Source: Candidatus Zhuqueibacterota bacterium (GTDB taxonomy: Bacteria > Zhuqueibacterota > Zhuqueibacteria > Thermofontimicrobiales > Thermofontimicrobiaceae). From it: 64,000 nucleotides of DNA. The position numbers and the translations under genes are program-made. How positions within the stretch are numbered: the stretch's first letter is position 1; every line of letters begins with the position of its first letter. Below, piece after piece: positions 17,276 through 27,499 of the stretch. The notes beneath the pieces are model-generated. The model was not told where the DNA came from, made no database searches, and saw nothing but the letters and a program-made list of their open reading frames with translations. The stretch is taken from assembly GCA_049322915.1 (NCBI GenBank), contig JBMOPW010000007.1, positions 340,246-404,245 of the forward strand. The letters are read 5' to 3'.

Positions 17276-19405
17276 TTGGAACATATTCATGAAGCCCGTT
17301 GGTTATGGTTAGTCCCGGTATTACCGTTGATTGGCGCGTTCATTAACGGCGCGTTTGGATTGAAAATCCATCGCCGCTATGGTGAAAAACCGATTCACAT
17401 CATTGCGGTTCTGATGCCCTCATTATCGTTCATCATTACGGCATTTTATTTTCTGCAATTGCTGCCTCTTCCGGCAGAAGAACGCCAGATGCTGTGTCAG
17501 CTCTATGACTGGATTAAAATTGGCGATTTCAGTGTTCCTTTGGCTTTCTGGCTGGACCAACTCTCCGCAGCAATGACCCTCATGGTCACCTTTGTCGGCA
17601 CGCTCATTCATATCTACAGCATCGGCTACATGCACAAGGATCCGAGCTACTGGCGCTTCTTCGCCTTCATGAATTTGTTCATGTTCTCCATGCTGACCCT
17701 GATCCTCGGCGATAACTTCCTGCTGATGTTCGTCGGATGGGAAGGCGTCGGCCTGTGCTCGTATCTGCTCATCTCGTTCTGGTATCATGACGTGGAAAAA
17801 GCTAAAGCCGGGATGAAAGCGTTCATCACCAATCGCATCGGGGATTTCGGTTTCATCATCGGTATGTTCGCGCTCATCTGGTCGCTCGGCGGCGGCTGGA
17901 GTGACAGTGGTTATTCGTTCCAATTCCCGGATCGTCTGACATTCGTCTTCCGCGAAATTCAGGAACTGGCGCCATTCCTGGTTGACCAGAAAATTTTCGG
18001 CGTTGGCGTGATCACATTCGTCTGTCTGTTCTTCTTCTGGGGCGCCACGGCAAAGAGTGCGCAAATTCCTCTGTACGTCTGGCTGCCCGATGCCATGGCT
18101 GGTCCAACGCCGGTCTCGGCATTGATTCATGCCGCAACAATGGTGACTGCCGGCGTTTACATGGTGGCGCGGTTGAATTTCCTGTTCGCTCTGTCGCCAG
18201 TCGCCATGACAGTGGTCGCCACAGTGGGGGTGGTCACCGCGCTGTTCGCAGCAACAATCGCGTTATTTCAATATGATATTAAAAAAGTATTGGCCTATTC
18301 GACTGTCAGCCAGTTGGGATTCATGTTCCTCGGCGTTGGCGTCGGCGCGTACGGCGTCGGGATTTTTCACCTGCTGACCCATGCGTTCTTCAAAGCATGT
18401 CTCTTCCTCGGCTCAGGCAGCGTCATTCATGCCATGCATCATGTTTATCACAAACTGAATGACCACCACCGTGATCCCCAGGATATGCGAAACATGGGCG
18501 GATTGGCAAAGCATCTGCCGGCCACACGATGGACGTACCTGGCAGCCTGTTTCGCCATCTCCGGATTCCCGCTGATGTCGGGCTTTTTCTCCAAAGACGA
18601 AATTCTCTGGATGGCTTTCGCCAATGCCAATACGTTGATCCCGGGCCAGGTGCTCTGGACCATCGGCGCAATCACCGCAATCCTGACCGCATTTTATATG
18701 TTCCGTTCGTACTTCATGACCTTCACCGGGACATTCCGCAGCGGTAGTGATGCCGAGAAACACCTGCACGAATCGCCCGCCACCATGACGACGGTGCTCA
18801 AAATTCTGGGCGTCCTTTCCATCATTGGCGGGGTGATCGGATTGCCGCATCTGTGGCATCTGCCAAATTTACTGGAAGGCTGGTTGGAGCCGTTGTTCGA
18901 ATCCGCTCATCACCACGTGCACTGGCATCATTATGCTGTTTCAATCGAATGGCTGCTGATGTTGACTTCCATCGTCATCGCGCTGGCCGGCATTTCCCTG
19001 GCTTATAAACTTTATAATGATAATAAATCCACCGTGCCCGCCCGGTTTCTGAAGACCTTTCCGACCTACCATCGGATCGCTTTCAACAAGTATTATGTCG
19101 ATGAATTGTATCAAAAGACCGTCATCAATGGCACTTTGGCATTCTCGAAAGTAAGCGGCTGGTTTGATTCCCACATCATCGATGGGCTGGTCAATTTGAT
19201 GGGCTACATCGCGCGCTTCTTCTCGTGGCTGCATGGCCTCTGCGATACCTACATTGTCGACGGGGCGGTGAATGGCCTGGCCGCTATCAATTCGTTCTTT
19301 GGCCGGAAGCTGCGACGCGTTCAGACTGGTCGAATCAATTCCTATCTGTATGGCTTGATGGGCGGGGGATTGCTGCTCATTTTAGTGCGGTATTTGTTAG
19401 GCTAG
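17276..19405 (+). CDS. nuoL: NADH-quinone oxidoreductase subunit L
   Basis: GWEGVGLCSYLLI, NRIGDFG, KSAQIPLYVWLPDAMAGPTPVSALIHAATMV, HAFFKA; TTG start with AAGGAG RBS. Confidence 0.96.
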   Translation: MEHIHEARWLWLVPVLPLIGAFINGAFGLKIHRRYGEKPIHIIAVLMPSLSFIITAFYFLQLLPLPAEERQMLCQLYDWIKIGDFSVPLAFWLDQLSAAMTLMVTFVGTLIHIYSIGYMHKDPSYWRFFAFMNLFMFSMLTLILGDNFLLMFVGWEGVGLCSYLLISFWYHDVEKAKAGMKAFITNRIGDFGFIIGMFALIWSLGGGWSDSGYSFQFPDRLTFVFREIQELAPFLVDQKIFGVGVITFVCLFFFWGATAKSAQIPLYVWLPDAMAGPTPVSALIHAATMVTAGVYMVARLNFLFALSPVAMTVVATVGVVTALFAATIALFQYDIKKVLAYSTVSQLGFMFLGVGVGAYGVGIFHLLTHAFFKACLFLGSGSVIHAMHHVYHKLNDHHRDPQDMRNMGGLAKHLPATRWTYLAACFAISGFPLMSGFFSKDEILWMAFANANTLIPGQVLWTIGAITAILTAFYMFRSYFMTFTGTFRSGSDAEKHLHESPATMTTVLKILGVLSIIGGVIGLPHLWHLPNLLEGWLEPLFESAHHHVHWHHYAVSIEWLLMLTSIVIALAGISLAYKLYNDNKSTVPARFLKTFPTYHRIAFNKYYVDELYQKTVINGTLAFSKVSGWFDSHIIDGLVNLMGYIARFFSWLHGLCDTYIVDGAVNGLAAINSFFGRKLRRVQTGRINSYLYGLMGGGLLLILVRYLLG

Positions 19406-19576
19406 CGCTCCACATTGAATCCGAAGCATGAGTGAGTTTCAGGAAGGATTCATAAAATAGTCCGGACGGAGCGTGTATGTAAGATGTGACTTCGCGAAGT
19501 GAAATTAAAACGATAATTGAAAAGCAAACCAGAAATCTATAAACGATCATTTCCGTTGTAAATTGGAGCATTTTCT

Positions 19577-21097
19577 ATGACTGAATCAACATTGTTGACC
19601 TGGATTATCTTTATCCCGTTACTTGGAATTCCTGTCATTTTAGCGATGCCTGAAGGACGCAAACAACTCATCCGCTGGATCGCTACGATCGTTTCGGGCA
19701 TTTCATTTCTAGTCGCTGTATATGTACTCTCAATGTTCGACCAATCCAATCCGGGGATGCAGTTCCAGCATCACTTTGTCTGGATTCGTACGTTCAATAT
19801 TGAATATTTTGTCGGTGTGGACGGGCTTTCAATGATGATGATTATCTTGACGGTGTTGATCACATTCATTGCGACGATTGCATCCTGGGGCATCGAAAAA
19901 AATGTCCGCGGTTATTTCTCCCTGTTGATGCTGCTGGAAACGGGTATGTTGGGCACGTTCTGTTCGCTGGATTTCTTCCTGTTCTACATTTTCTGGGAAG
20001 TGATGTTGCTGCCCATGTACTTCCTGATCGGCATCTGGGGCGGCCCGAGAAAAGAATATGCAGCCATTAAGTTCTTCCTGTACACTCTGTTTGGCTCATT
20101 GCTCATGCTGCTGGCTGTCATCGCCCTTTATTATAATTCAAGTCCGACGACCCTGGTCGATGGCACACCGGCAAAACACACCTTCAACATTCTGAAGCTC
20201 ATTGCTGAAAACGATTTCTCCACGGCAGCGCCGCTGCTGGGATTTGAATTCACCAAAATCATCTTCATCGCCCTGTTCATCGGCTTTGCCATCAAAATTC
20301 CCATGGTGCCATTTCATACATGGTTGCCCGATGCACACGTGGAAGCGCCGACGCCAATCTCAGTGATTCTGGCCGGCATTCTGTTGAAAATGGGCGGATA
20401 CGGTATATTGAGGATTAACTACGGCATCCTCCCTGAAGCCACCAAGTGGGCGGCGCCGGCAGTGGCGTTGTTAGGCGGCATCAGCATTGTGTATGCGGCC
20501 TTTGTATGCATGGCGCAGAAAGATCTGAAAAAACTGATCGCTTACTCTTCGGTCAGCCACATGGGATTCGTGCTGTTAGGCATGGCCGCTTTCACGGATC
20601 AGGGCATTTCCGGCGCTGTCATGCAAATGTTCACCCACGGACTGATCAGCCCCATGCTCTTCCTTCTGGCGGGCGTCATTTATGACCGCGCCCATCATCG
20701 CGAAATCGACGGATTCGGCGGACTGGCAGTACAGATGCCCGAATACACCGGCGTGCTGGGATTGGCGTTCATGGCCTCTCTCGGTTTGCCCGGCCTGTGC
20801 GGATTTATCAGCGAAGTCCTGGTTTTCCTGGGCGCCTTCCCGGTCTACCGAACGATCACCATCATCTCCGCGCTGACCGTTGTCATCACTGCGGCGTATT
20901 ATCTCTGGTCGTTGCAACGGATGTTCCTCGGCAAGTTGAATGAAAAATATGCCAATCTGCCGGATTTGACCTGGCGCGAACGAGTGACCCTGTATCCATT
21001 GGGCGCGTTGATTGTAATCCTTGGCGTCTATCCGATTCCTGCATTAAATTTAATCAACAAAACAATGCTAACGATCATTCAAGTTTTTCAAAGTTAA
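19577..21097 (+). CDS. nuoM: NADH-quinone oxidoreductase subunit M
   Basis: FYIFWEVMLLPMY, PFHTWLPDAHVEAPT, LLKMGGYG, AYSSVSHMG. Confidence 0.96.
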   Translation: MTESTLLTWIIFIPLLGIPVILAMPEGRKQLIRWIATIVSGISFLVAVYVLSMFDQSNPGMQFQHHFVWIRTFNIEYFVGVDGLSMMMIILTVLITFIATIASWGIEKNVRGYFSLLMLLETGMLGTFCSLDFFLFYIFWEVMLLPMYFLIGIWGGPRKEYAAIKFFLYTLFGSLLMLLAVIALYYNSSPTTLVDGTPAKHTFNILKLIAENDFSTAAPLLGFEFTKIIFIALFIGFAIKIPMVPFHTWLPDAHVEAPTPISVILAGILLKMGGYGILRINYGILPEATKWAAPAVALLGGISIVYAAFVCMAQKDLKKLIAYSSVSHMGFVLLGMAAFTDQGISGAVMQMFTHGLISPMLFLLAGVIYDRAHHREIDGFGGLAVQMPEYTGVLGLAFMASLGLPGLCGFISEVLVFLGAFPVYRTITIISALTVVITAAYYLWSLQRMFLGKLNEKYANLPDLTWRERVTLYPLGALIVILGVYPIPALNLINKTMLTIIQVFQS

Positions 21098-21105
21098 GGT
21101 GAACA

Positions 21106-22593
21106 ATGCCTATCAATAAATTGCCGTTTGTCTATCCCCAACTGGTATTAACTGCCGGGATACTTGCGATTCTGCTGGTTGGACTATTCAAAACGCACTC
21201 CGAGCGGATGCGAACCGTACTGAGCGTGGTTGGCTTGATTTTCCTCGCGCTAACCGCCATTGTGTGTTTGATGAGCCCGGATTACGGCAGTCTCGGCGAC
21301 ATCTTACAATTTGATTTTTTCACAAAATTTTTCCTCCTTTTTGTCTTGCTTGCCATCACCTTGACCATGCTGGCAGCGTCGCGGTCGAATGAAATTTCTG
21401 CGCGGCGATTCCCTGAGTTCACCGCTCTGCTGTTCACCATTGGCCTGGGCATCTCGTTCATGGCGTCGGCGCAGGATGTGCTCTTCGCCTATTTGGCGAT
21501 GGAAACAGTCAGCCTGTCATCCTACATGCTGACAGGATTTAAACGCACCGACCAGTCATCGCACGAAGCAGCGTTGAAATATGTGATTTTCGGCGGGGTC
21601 GCCTCCGGCGTGATGATTTTTGGAATGTCCCTGCTCTACGGCATGGCTGGCACCACGTCTTTCAGCGGCATTGCGCAGGCTCTGTCATCCATGAATCCGA
21701 CGCTCGCCGACAACTCTATGGGAACACTGGCGATCATCATCGCGCTGGTCATGGTTTTCACCGGATTCTTTTTCAAAATTGCAGCGGTGCCTTTTCATCA
21801 GTGGTGTCCGGATGTGTATCAGGGCGCACCCACGCCGTTCACAGGCTTTCTGAGCGTGGCGCCCAAAGCCGCCGGCTTCGCCCTTATCCTGAGATTTCTG
21901 GCGCTGTTACTGCCCCAGGTCGATGTATCTGTCAAGCAGCTTTTACTGCCCATCATTGGCATCGTCTCTGCGGCAACCATGACGCTGGGAAATTTCACAG
22001 CCATTCACCAATCCAATGTGAAACGTCTGCTGGCCTATTCTTCCATTGCGCATGCCGGGTATCTGCTCATGGGCGTCGTTGTTTTGAACATCGCCGGTTC
22101 GACCGCTATTATGGTATACCTGGTCATCTATCTTTTCATGAATCTCGGCGCATTCACTGTCGTGCAGACAATCGTCGATACGTATGGCAGTGAAGAATTA
22201 TCAGCCTACCGCGGGTTGGGGAGTCGCTCGCCATTCCTGGCCATTGCCATGGGCGTGTTTCTGTTTTCACTGGCAGGCATTCCTCCACTGGCCGGGTTCA
22301 TTGGAAAATTCCTGCTATTTGCAGCCCTCATTCATAATGGTGGATTCTGGTATGTGCTGCTGGCTGTGATCGGCATTTTGAACAGCGTCATCGCGCTCTT
22401 TTACTACGCCATTATTCTGCGGGAAATGTTCCTGCGACCGGCCGAAGCAAATGCACCCGCTGCAACAAAATTGAGCCGGCTAAATTCCGGGCTCATCGCT
22501 GTCATGGGAGCAATGGTGCTGGTGCTGGGTATTTACTGGGAGCCGTTGTTGAATGCAGCGAACAAAGCGGCGACAGTGCTGGGGTTGTTGTAG
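21106..22593 (+). CDS. nuoN: NADH-quinone oxidoreductase subunit N
   Basis: EAALKY, FKIAAVPFHQWCPDVYQGAPTP, KRLLAYSSIAHAGY, SLAGIPPLAGFIGK. Confidence 0.96.
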   Translation: MPINKLPFVYPQLVLTAGILAILLVGLFKTHSERMRTVLSVVGLIFLALTAIVCLMSPDYGSLGDILQFDFFTKFFLLFVLLAITLTMLAASRSNEISARRFPEFTALLFTIGLGISFMASAQDVLFAYLAMETVSLSSYMLTGFKRTDQSSHEAALKYVIFGGVASGVMIFGMSLLYGMAGTTSFSGIAQALSSMNPTLADNSMGTLAIIIALVMVFTGFFFKIAAVPFHQWCPDVYQGAPTPFTGFLSVAPKAAGFALILRFLALLLPQVDVSVKQLLLPIIGIVSAATMTLGNFTAIHQSNVKRLLAYSSIAHAGYLLMGVVVLNIAGSTAIMVYLVIYLFMNLGAFTVVQTIVDTYGSEELSAYRGLGSRSPFLAIAMGVFLFSLAGIPPLAGFIGKFLLFAALIHNGGFWYVLLAVIGILNSVIALFYYAIILREMFLRPAEANAPAATKLSRLNSGLIAVMGAMVLVLGIYWEPLLNAANKAATVLGLL

Positions 22594-22746
22594 TTTTTAA
22601 TGCTTCATGTTCTTGAAAACTCGCTTGACTAACGGAGAGAAGCATGATTTCAGCTTCGATCCATGGAGTTCCGATTGATGAAATGTTGAAAGATGTGATG
22701 AATGGAATAGCGAAAAAGATTGATGTAAATTGATTGATGAACTGTT

Positions 22747-22777
22747 GGCAAGCGAAAACGCGCTTGCCTTTTTTTTT
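22747..22777 (+). terminator. Intrinsic terminator closing the nuo operon
   Basis: GGCAAGCG-aaaacg-CGCTTGCC followed by T9. Confidence 0.8.
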
Positions 22778-22818
22778 ATTTGCCGGCCGATAAAAAGTAT
22801 TTAAATCCAGGAAGTGAA

Positions 22819-23379
22819 ATGACACTACCCACCAAACTATTCGCCTTCGTTATCCTGACGATTATTCTCATCACCATTTCCCGACCTTCGCTTGGCTCGC
22901 CGCGCTCCCATGGCTTCTATCGTTTCTTCGCCTGGGAGTCCATTGTGATCCTGTTTCTGCTCAATGTCAATATCTGGTTCCATCAGCCATTGGCCTGGTA
23001 CCAACTGGTTTCGTGGTTCTTTCTCTTTGCGAGTTTTGTACCGCTGGTGTATGGCGTTCGCACTCTGGTGGGCCGGGGCAAACCGGTTCCGCATCGGGAG
23101 ACGGAACCGCACTTGCTGGCTTTTGAAAAGACGTCCGAATTGGTGACCAGCGGCATTTATCGCTACATCCGACATCCGCTGTACAGTTCGTTGCTGTTGC
23201 TGGTGTGGGGCATTTTCTTCAAATCAATGAACTGGCATGGGTTTGGCATCGCCGCCGCAGCCTCGCTCTTTTTATTCGCCACCGCCCGGGCGGACGAGCA
23301 GGAGTGCATTCGTTATTTCGGCCCGACGTATCAAACTTACATGAAGCAGAGCAAACGATTCATACCGTTTCTGTTTTGA
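22819..23379 (+). CDS. Isoprenylcysteine carboxyl methyltransferase/PEMT family membrane protein
   Basis: LVTSGIYRYIRHPLYSS...DEQECIRYFGPTYQTYMKQSKRFIPF; ATG at 22819. Confidence 0.88.
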   Translation: MTLPTKLFAFVILTIILITISRPSLGSPRSHGFYRFFAWESIVILFLLNVNIWFHQPLAWYQLVSWFFLFASFVPLVYGVRTLVGRGKPVPHRETEPHLLAFEKTSELVTSGIYRYIRHPLYSSLLLLVWGIFFKSMNWHGFGIAAAASLFLFATARADEQECIRYFGPTYQTYMKQSKRFIPFLF

Positions 23380-23559
23380 CAATTGGATAGTGAACGATTG
23401 TGACTGACAGCCCGGTTTGGAGCGATGCGCCTTTATTCAGTTCTTGTTCGACGCATAAAGGCTGCACCGCCAGTCATTCACAAAATTTATATCTTGTCAC
23501 ATGTTTGTTGAATGCATTTCTCTCATGAAAAACTAACGAAGTAAACTTCCAAACAAATC

Positions 23560-23600
23560 ATAGAACGCAGATGACACTGATTACGCGGATTTGCACGGAT
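23560..23600. repeat. Short 9-nt-periodic repeat (half copy of the element at 29351-29481)
   Basis: aacgcagat-gacactgat-tacgcggat-ttgcacggat; shares atagaacgc and ctgattacgcggat with 29351-29372. Confidence 0.6.
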
Positions 23601-23896
23601 AAAAAAATTTTTTAATTTGACGCCCCTGTAAAAAGTCAGAAAAAATTTCGACGCTACAATATATAGACAAGAATATAACATAAAAGAACTATATAATGTG
23701 CTTAAATTGTGTGCGTCGGACATTTTACGAGTTCATCTAATTTAATAAACTGAAAAAATTTTCCTTCAAGTTGATTTCTGATTTTTCAGAAAATCGTGAA
23801 CAAAATTCACGTTTTTCGGGTAGTAAGAATTTAAGGAGATAGAAATGTAATCGAGAGAGTTGTCAGGCATGCAGTATCGCCACAACGACCGAAACC

Positions 23897-25282
23897 CTAC
23901 TCGCCGGATTCATCCAGATTGTTATTCCACAAATATTTTCTCGTCTCGGCCACAATCACACCACTTAATAACAGGAGCGAAATCAAATTGGGAATGGCCA
24001 TCAGGCCGTTGGCAATGTCCGCGAAGGACCAGACCGCGGGCATGGTTGCGACGGAACCCACCATGACCATGACCACCCAGAGCCAGCGATATGGTTGGAT
24101 AATTTTATTGCCGAATAAGTACTCGGCGGCTTTTTCGCCGTAATAGGACCAGCCGAGGATGGTCGAGAAAACAAACGTGAGTAGACCAATCGTGAGGACG
24201 ATCGGGCCGACAACGGGAATGTCGGAGAAGGCGGCTTTGGTGAGCGCTGCGCCGCTATGGCCATCCATCCACGCCTGGGAATTCACCAGCACCAAGCCGG
24301 TCATGGCGCAGACAACAACCGTATCCCAGAACGTGCCAGTCGAGGAGACCAGCGCCTGACGAATCGGATTTTTTGTCTGAGCCGCAGCAGCGACGATTGG
24401 CGCGCTGCCCAGCCCTGATTCATTGGAAAAGAGTCCCCGGGCAATACCGTAGCGGATCGCCTCCCGAACCCCGGCGCCGAGAAATCCGCCAACAGCGGCC
24501 TGGCCGGTGAATGCGCTTTTAAAAATTAATTCCAATGTGTCGGGGAGAGTCTTCGCGCCCATGACTAATAAAATGACGCACCCAACGACGTAGGTTATAG
24601 CCATGAAAGGCACCAGTCCCTCGCACACTCTGGCGATGGATTTTATCCCTCCCAGAATCACAATCGCTGTGAGAATCGTCATCAGCACGCCGGTTATCCA
24701 GGGCGAATACTGAATAATCCATGGAAATTTCTGTGTTATCCAGGTTGAATCTTTGATTGTCGCTGCGACCATGGATGAAATCGAGTTGGCCTGCACCATG
24801 TTGCCGATGCCGAAAGCGGTGACTGCGGTCAGGGCTGCGAAAACAACGCCCAGCCATTTCATTTTCAGTCCCCGTTCCAGAACGTACATCGGTCCGCCGG
24901 CCATTTGACCGGATGGCGTTGTGATCCGATATTTCACTGACAAGACAGCTTCGGAAAACTTGGTTGCAATGCCGAATACGCCGGTCAGCCATGTCCATAA
25001 AACCGCGCCGGGACCACCGGCTGCCAGCGCTGTGGCGACTCCGACGATATTTCCGGTGCCGATGGTTGCCGCCAGCGCCGTGGTCAGCGCGCCGAATTGA
25101 CTGATGTCCCCGGTTCCTTCGGATGTCCGGCGAAAGGACAACTTGATCGCCTTGCCAATGTAGCGCTGAATGAAGCGAAGTCGGAAGGTGAGGAAAAGGT
25201 GCGTTCCAAACAGCAAAACCAACAGTGGGGTGCCCCAGACCCAGTTACTAATTTCGCCTAATAATCTTTCCAGACTCTGCAT
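23897..25282 (-). CDS. Alanine/glycine:cation symporter (AGCS family)
   Basis: ALAATIGTGNIVGVA, GGPGAVLW, GGPMY, RGLFSNESGLGSAPI, GTFWDT. Confidence 0.95.
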   Translation of the reverse strand: MQSLERLLGEISNWVWGTPLLVLLFGTHLFLTFRLRFIQRYIGKAIKLSFRRTSEGTGDISQFGALTTALAATIGTGNIVGVATALAAGGPGAVLWTWLTGVFGIATKFSEAVLSVKYRITTPSGQMAGGPMYVLERGLKMKWLGVVFAALTAVTAFGIGNMVQANSISSMVAATIKDSTWITQKFPWIIQYSPWITGVLMTILTAIVILGGIKSIARVCEGLVPFMAITYVVGCVILLVMGAKTLPDTLELIFKSAFTGQAAVGGFLGAGVREAIRYGIARGLFSNESGLGSAPIVAAAAQTKNPIRQALVSSTGTFWDTVVVCAMTGLVLVNSQAWMDGHSGAALTKAAFSDIPVVGPIVLTIGLLTFVFSTILGWSYYGEKAAEYLFGNKIIQPYRWLWVVMVMVGSVATMPAVWSFADIANGLMAIPNLISLLLLSGVIVAETRKYLWNNNLDESGE

Positions 25283-25330
25283 GGATATTCCTTTCAGTGA
25301 AAGTTCGCCTTGACCTCGGAATTGTCACAA

Positions 25331-25359
25331 ATAATAATTAAATTGGCAACCAAAGTCAA
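25331..25359 (-). promoter_or_regulatory. Putative sigma70-type promoter of the AGCS gene
   Basis: Minus strand TTGACT-N17-TATTAT(TTG). Confidence 0.6.
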
Positions 25360-25486
25360 GTTCATTTTTGGGTTATGGTTGATTGAACTAATGGAATAGG
25401 GAGCAATTCTGAAAAGTTGGTATTGGGGATAGCACATAAGAATAATGAAAACTACTGAAGCAGTTCATTGATAATTTTTTATTTGT

Positions 25487-25512
25487 TAACACCCAGATAA
25501 ATCTGGGTGTTA
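25487..25512. repeat. Perfect 12-bp inverted repeat in the AGCS/lctP divergent region
   Basis: TAACACCCAGAT-aa-ATCTGGGTGTTA. Confidence 0.7.
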
Positions 25513-25564
25513 GTTCAACGTTCCATTGAACGATCACCCCGATTCATCGGTGTGGAATTATTCC

Positions 25565-25593
25565 TTGATTCTTATTAAAAATCTCATTATGTT
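25565..25593 (+). promoter_or_regulatory. Putative sigma70-type promoter of lctP
   Basis: TTGATT-N17-TATGTT 21 nt before the ATG. Confidence 0.5.
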
Positions 25594-25614
25594 TCTGAAA
25601 AAAAAGGAATTTCA

Positions 25615-27312
25615 ATGTCGACCTGGACTCAGATTTACACACCGGTTTTTCATAGTTTGGCTTTATCGGCTCTTGTGGCGGCTGTGCCCGTTGTCGTCTT
25701 ACTGGGATTGCTTGCCTGGTTTCGGGTGAAAGCCCATCTGGCAGCGGTGATCGGTCTGATTAGTTCATTGTTGATCGCCCTGCTCATTTACAGAATGCCT
25801 GCGCCGCTGGCGCTCATGGCCGCTGCGAACGGCGCTGCCTATGGTCTGTTCCCCATCGGCTGGATTGTGTTGAGCGCGATTTTCATCTACGACATCACCG
25901 TGGTGACCGGCAAATTTGAAATTGTCAAAGCGTCGATTGCCCGGCTGGGCGGCGACCGCCGCGTCCAGGTGCTGTTGATCGCTTTCAGCTTTGGCGCTTT
26001 CATCGAAGGGGCGGCTGGCTTTGGTACGCCAGTGGCGATCTCCGCTGCCATGCTGATCGGGCTTGGTTTTAAACCATTGCCGGCGGCAGGACTGGCGCTG
26101 CTTGGCAATACCGCGCCGGTGGCATTCGGCGCGTTGGGGACGCCCATCATTGCGCTGTCCGCAGTCACCGGTTTGCCGGTGGAGACATTGAGCGCCGCAG
26201 TGGGGCGGCAGCTTCCTTTCTTCTCACTGATCGTCCCGTTCTGGTTGGTCTGGGCTATGGCTGGCTTTAAAAAAACACTGGAGGTATTTCCAGCGTGTTT
26301 GACAGCCGGACTGAGCTTCGCTGTGGTGCAATTTCTGGTGAGCAACTATTTCGGCCCCTGGGTGGTGGACATTGCCGGTTCGATGGTATCCATGGCGGCG
26401 ATGATTCTGCTGCTGCAATTCTGGCAACCGCGAACGATCTGGCGTTTCCCTCATGAGAGCGAAGAATCGCGGCACTCCTCACTGAATGCGCCGATTCAAA
26501 CGGCAGCGACATCAGCGACGCAATCGAATCACACGTCGCGGCGGGAAATCTTCATTGCCTGGATGCCGTGGCTGATACTATCGATATTGGTGTTTCTCTG
26601 GGGGTTACCACTCGTGAAAGAACTGCTGAACAGATGGAGCGGCATTTCAATTTTCAAATTTCCGGTGCCGCTGCTTCATCAGGCGGTGTTGCGGACAGCG
26701 CCCGTGGTGCAACACGCCAAAGCCGAGGACGCTGTTTTCACCTTGAACTGGCTGTCCGCCACCGGCACGAGCCTGCTGATCGCCGGCATCGTTTCCGGGT
26801 TGTTGCTGGGGATCAGGCCGCTGGCATTGCTGCGCATTTTCGGGAAGACGCTTCATCGGGTCAGGCTGTCCCTGTTGACTATCGCTGCCATGTTGGCGTT
26901 GAGTTTCACGACGCGGTACGCCGGTCTGGACGCGACGTTAGGCCTGGCGTTCGCCAGCAGCGGGGTGTTATTTCCCTTTTTCTCGCCGCTGCTTGGCTGG
27001 CTGGGCGTCGCTCTCACGGGCAGCGATACATCGTCCAACGTGCTGTTCGGCAATCTGCAACAGATCACGGCGCAGCAGGTGGGCATTTCGCCGGTGCTCG
27101 CCGCATCCGCCAATAGCACCGGCGGCGTGATGGGAAAAATGATCGACGCTCAAAGCATTGTCGTCGCCAGCGTGGCTACAGGCCAGGAGGGCGAAGAAGG
27201 GACCATCCTGCGCTACGTGTTTCTGCACAGCCTCGTCCTGGCAATTCTGGTCGGGATCATGATTTTGCTGCAAGCGTATGTTTTTCCGGGTATCGTCCCG
27301 GTCGTGGAATAA
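25615..27312 (+). CDS. lctP: L-lactate permease
   Basis: [58 protein letters not shown]. Confidence 0.95.
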   Translation: MSTWTQIYTPVFHSLALSALVAAVPVVVLLGLLAWFRVKAHLAAVIGLISSLLIALLIYRMPAPLALMAAANGAAYGLFPIGWIVLSAIFIYDITVVTGKFEIVKASIARLGGDRRVQVLLIAFSFGAFIEGAAGFGTPVAISAAMLIGLGFKPLPAAGLALLGNTAPVAFGALGTPIIALSAVTGLPVETLSAAVGRQLPFFSLIVPFWLVWAMAGFKKTLEVFPACLTAGLSFAVVQFLVSNYFGPWVVDIAGSMVSMAAMILLLQFWQPRTIWRFPHESEESRHSSLNAPIQTAATSATQSNHTSRREIFIAWMPWLILSILVFLWGLPLVKELLNRWSGISIFKFPVPLLHQAVLRTAPVVQHAKAEDAVFTLNWLSATGTSLLIAGIVSGLLLGIRPLALLRIFGKTLHRVRLSLLTIAAMLALSFTTRYAGLDATLGLAFASSGVLFPFFSPLLGWLGVALTGSDTSSNVLFGNLQQITAQQVGISPVLAASANSTGGVMGKMIDAQSIVVASVATGQEGEEGTILRYVFLHSLVLAILVGIMILLQAYVFPGIVPVVE

Positions 27313-27422
27313 CGGCAGGTGGATTCCCATCGCCGGAGTGAATCGACAATTGGAGATTCCTTTTGCTGGCTCGGAAAGACTACTCGGCCTCCGGGTTCAT
27401 TCCCCGATGAATCCCTGACGGC

Positions 27423-27465
27423 AAAAAAAAAATCCCCTGCTCATGTATTTCCCGGAGCAGGGGAT
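27423..27465 (-). terminator. Intrinsic terminator for the M49 peptidase gene
   Basis: ATCCCCTGCTC...GAGCAGGGGAT stem with A10 on the plus strand (U-tract on minus). Confidence 0.75.
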
Positions 27466-27499
27466 GATTCAATTTTCAACTTCGAATTTCTATTTCATT

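Noticed and set aside
4259..23670. Identical 15-mer ACAATATATAGACAA at 4259-4273 and 23656-23670 (NrdR-box-like)
   Set aside because: One AT-rich 15-mer match is roughly expected by chance in 64 kb. The sites are single, the right half departs from the NrdR consensus, and no nrd genes are nearby.
25283..25330. Glycine riboswitch upstream of the AGCS transporter
   Set aside because: The predicted promoter leaves only a ~45-nt leader, and the aptamer motifs are absent.
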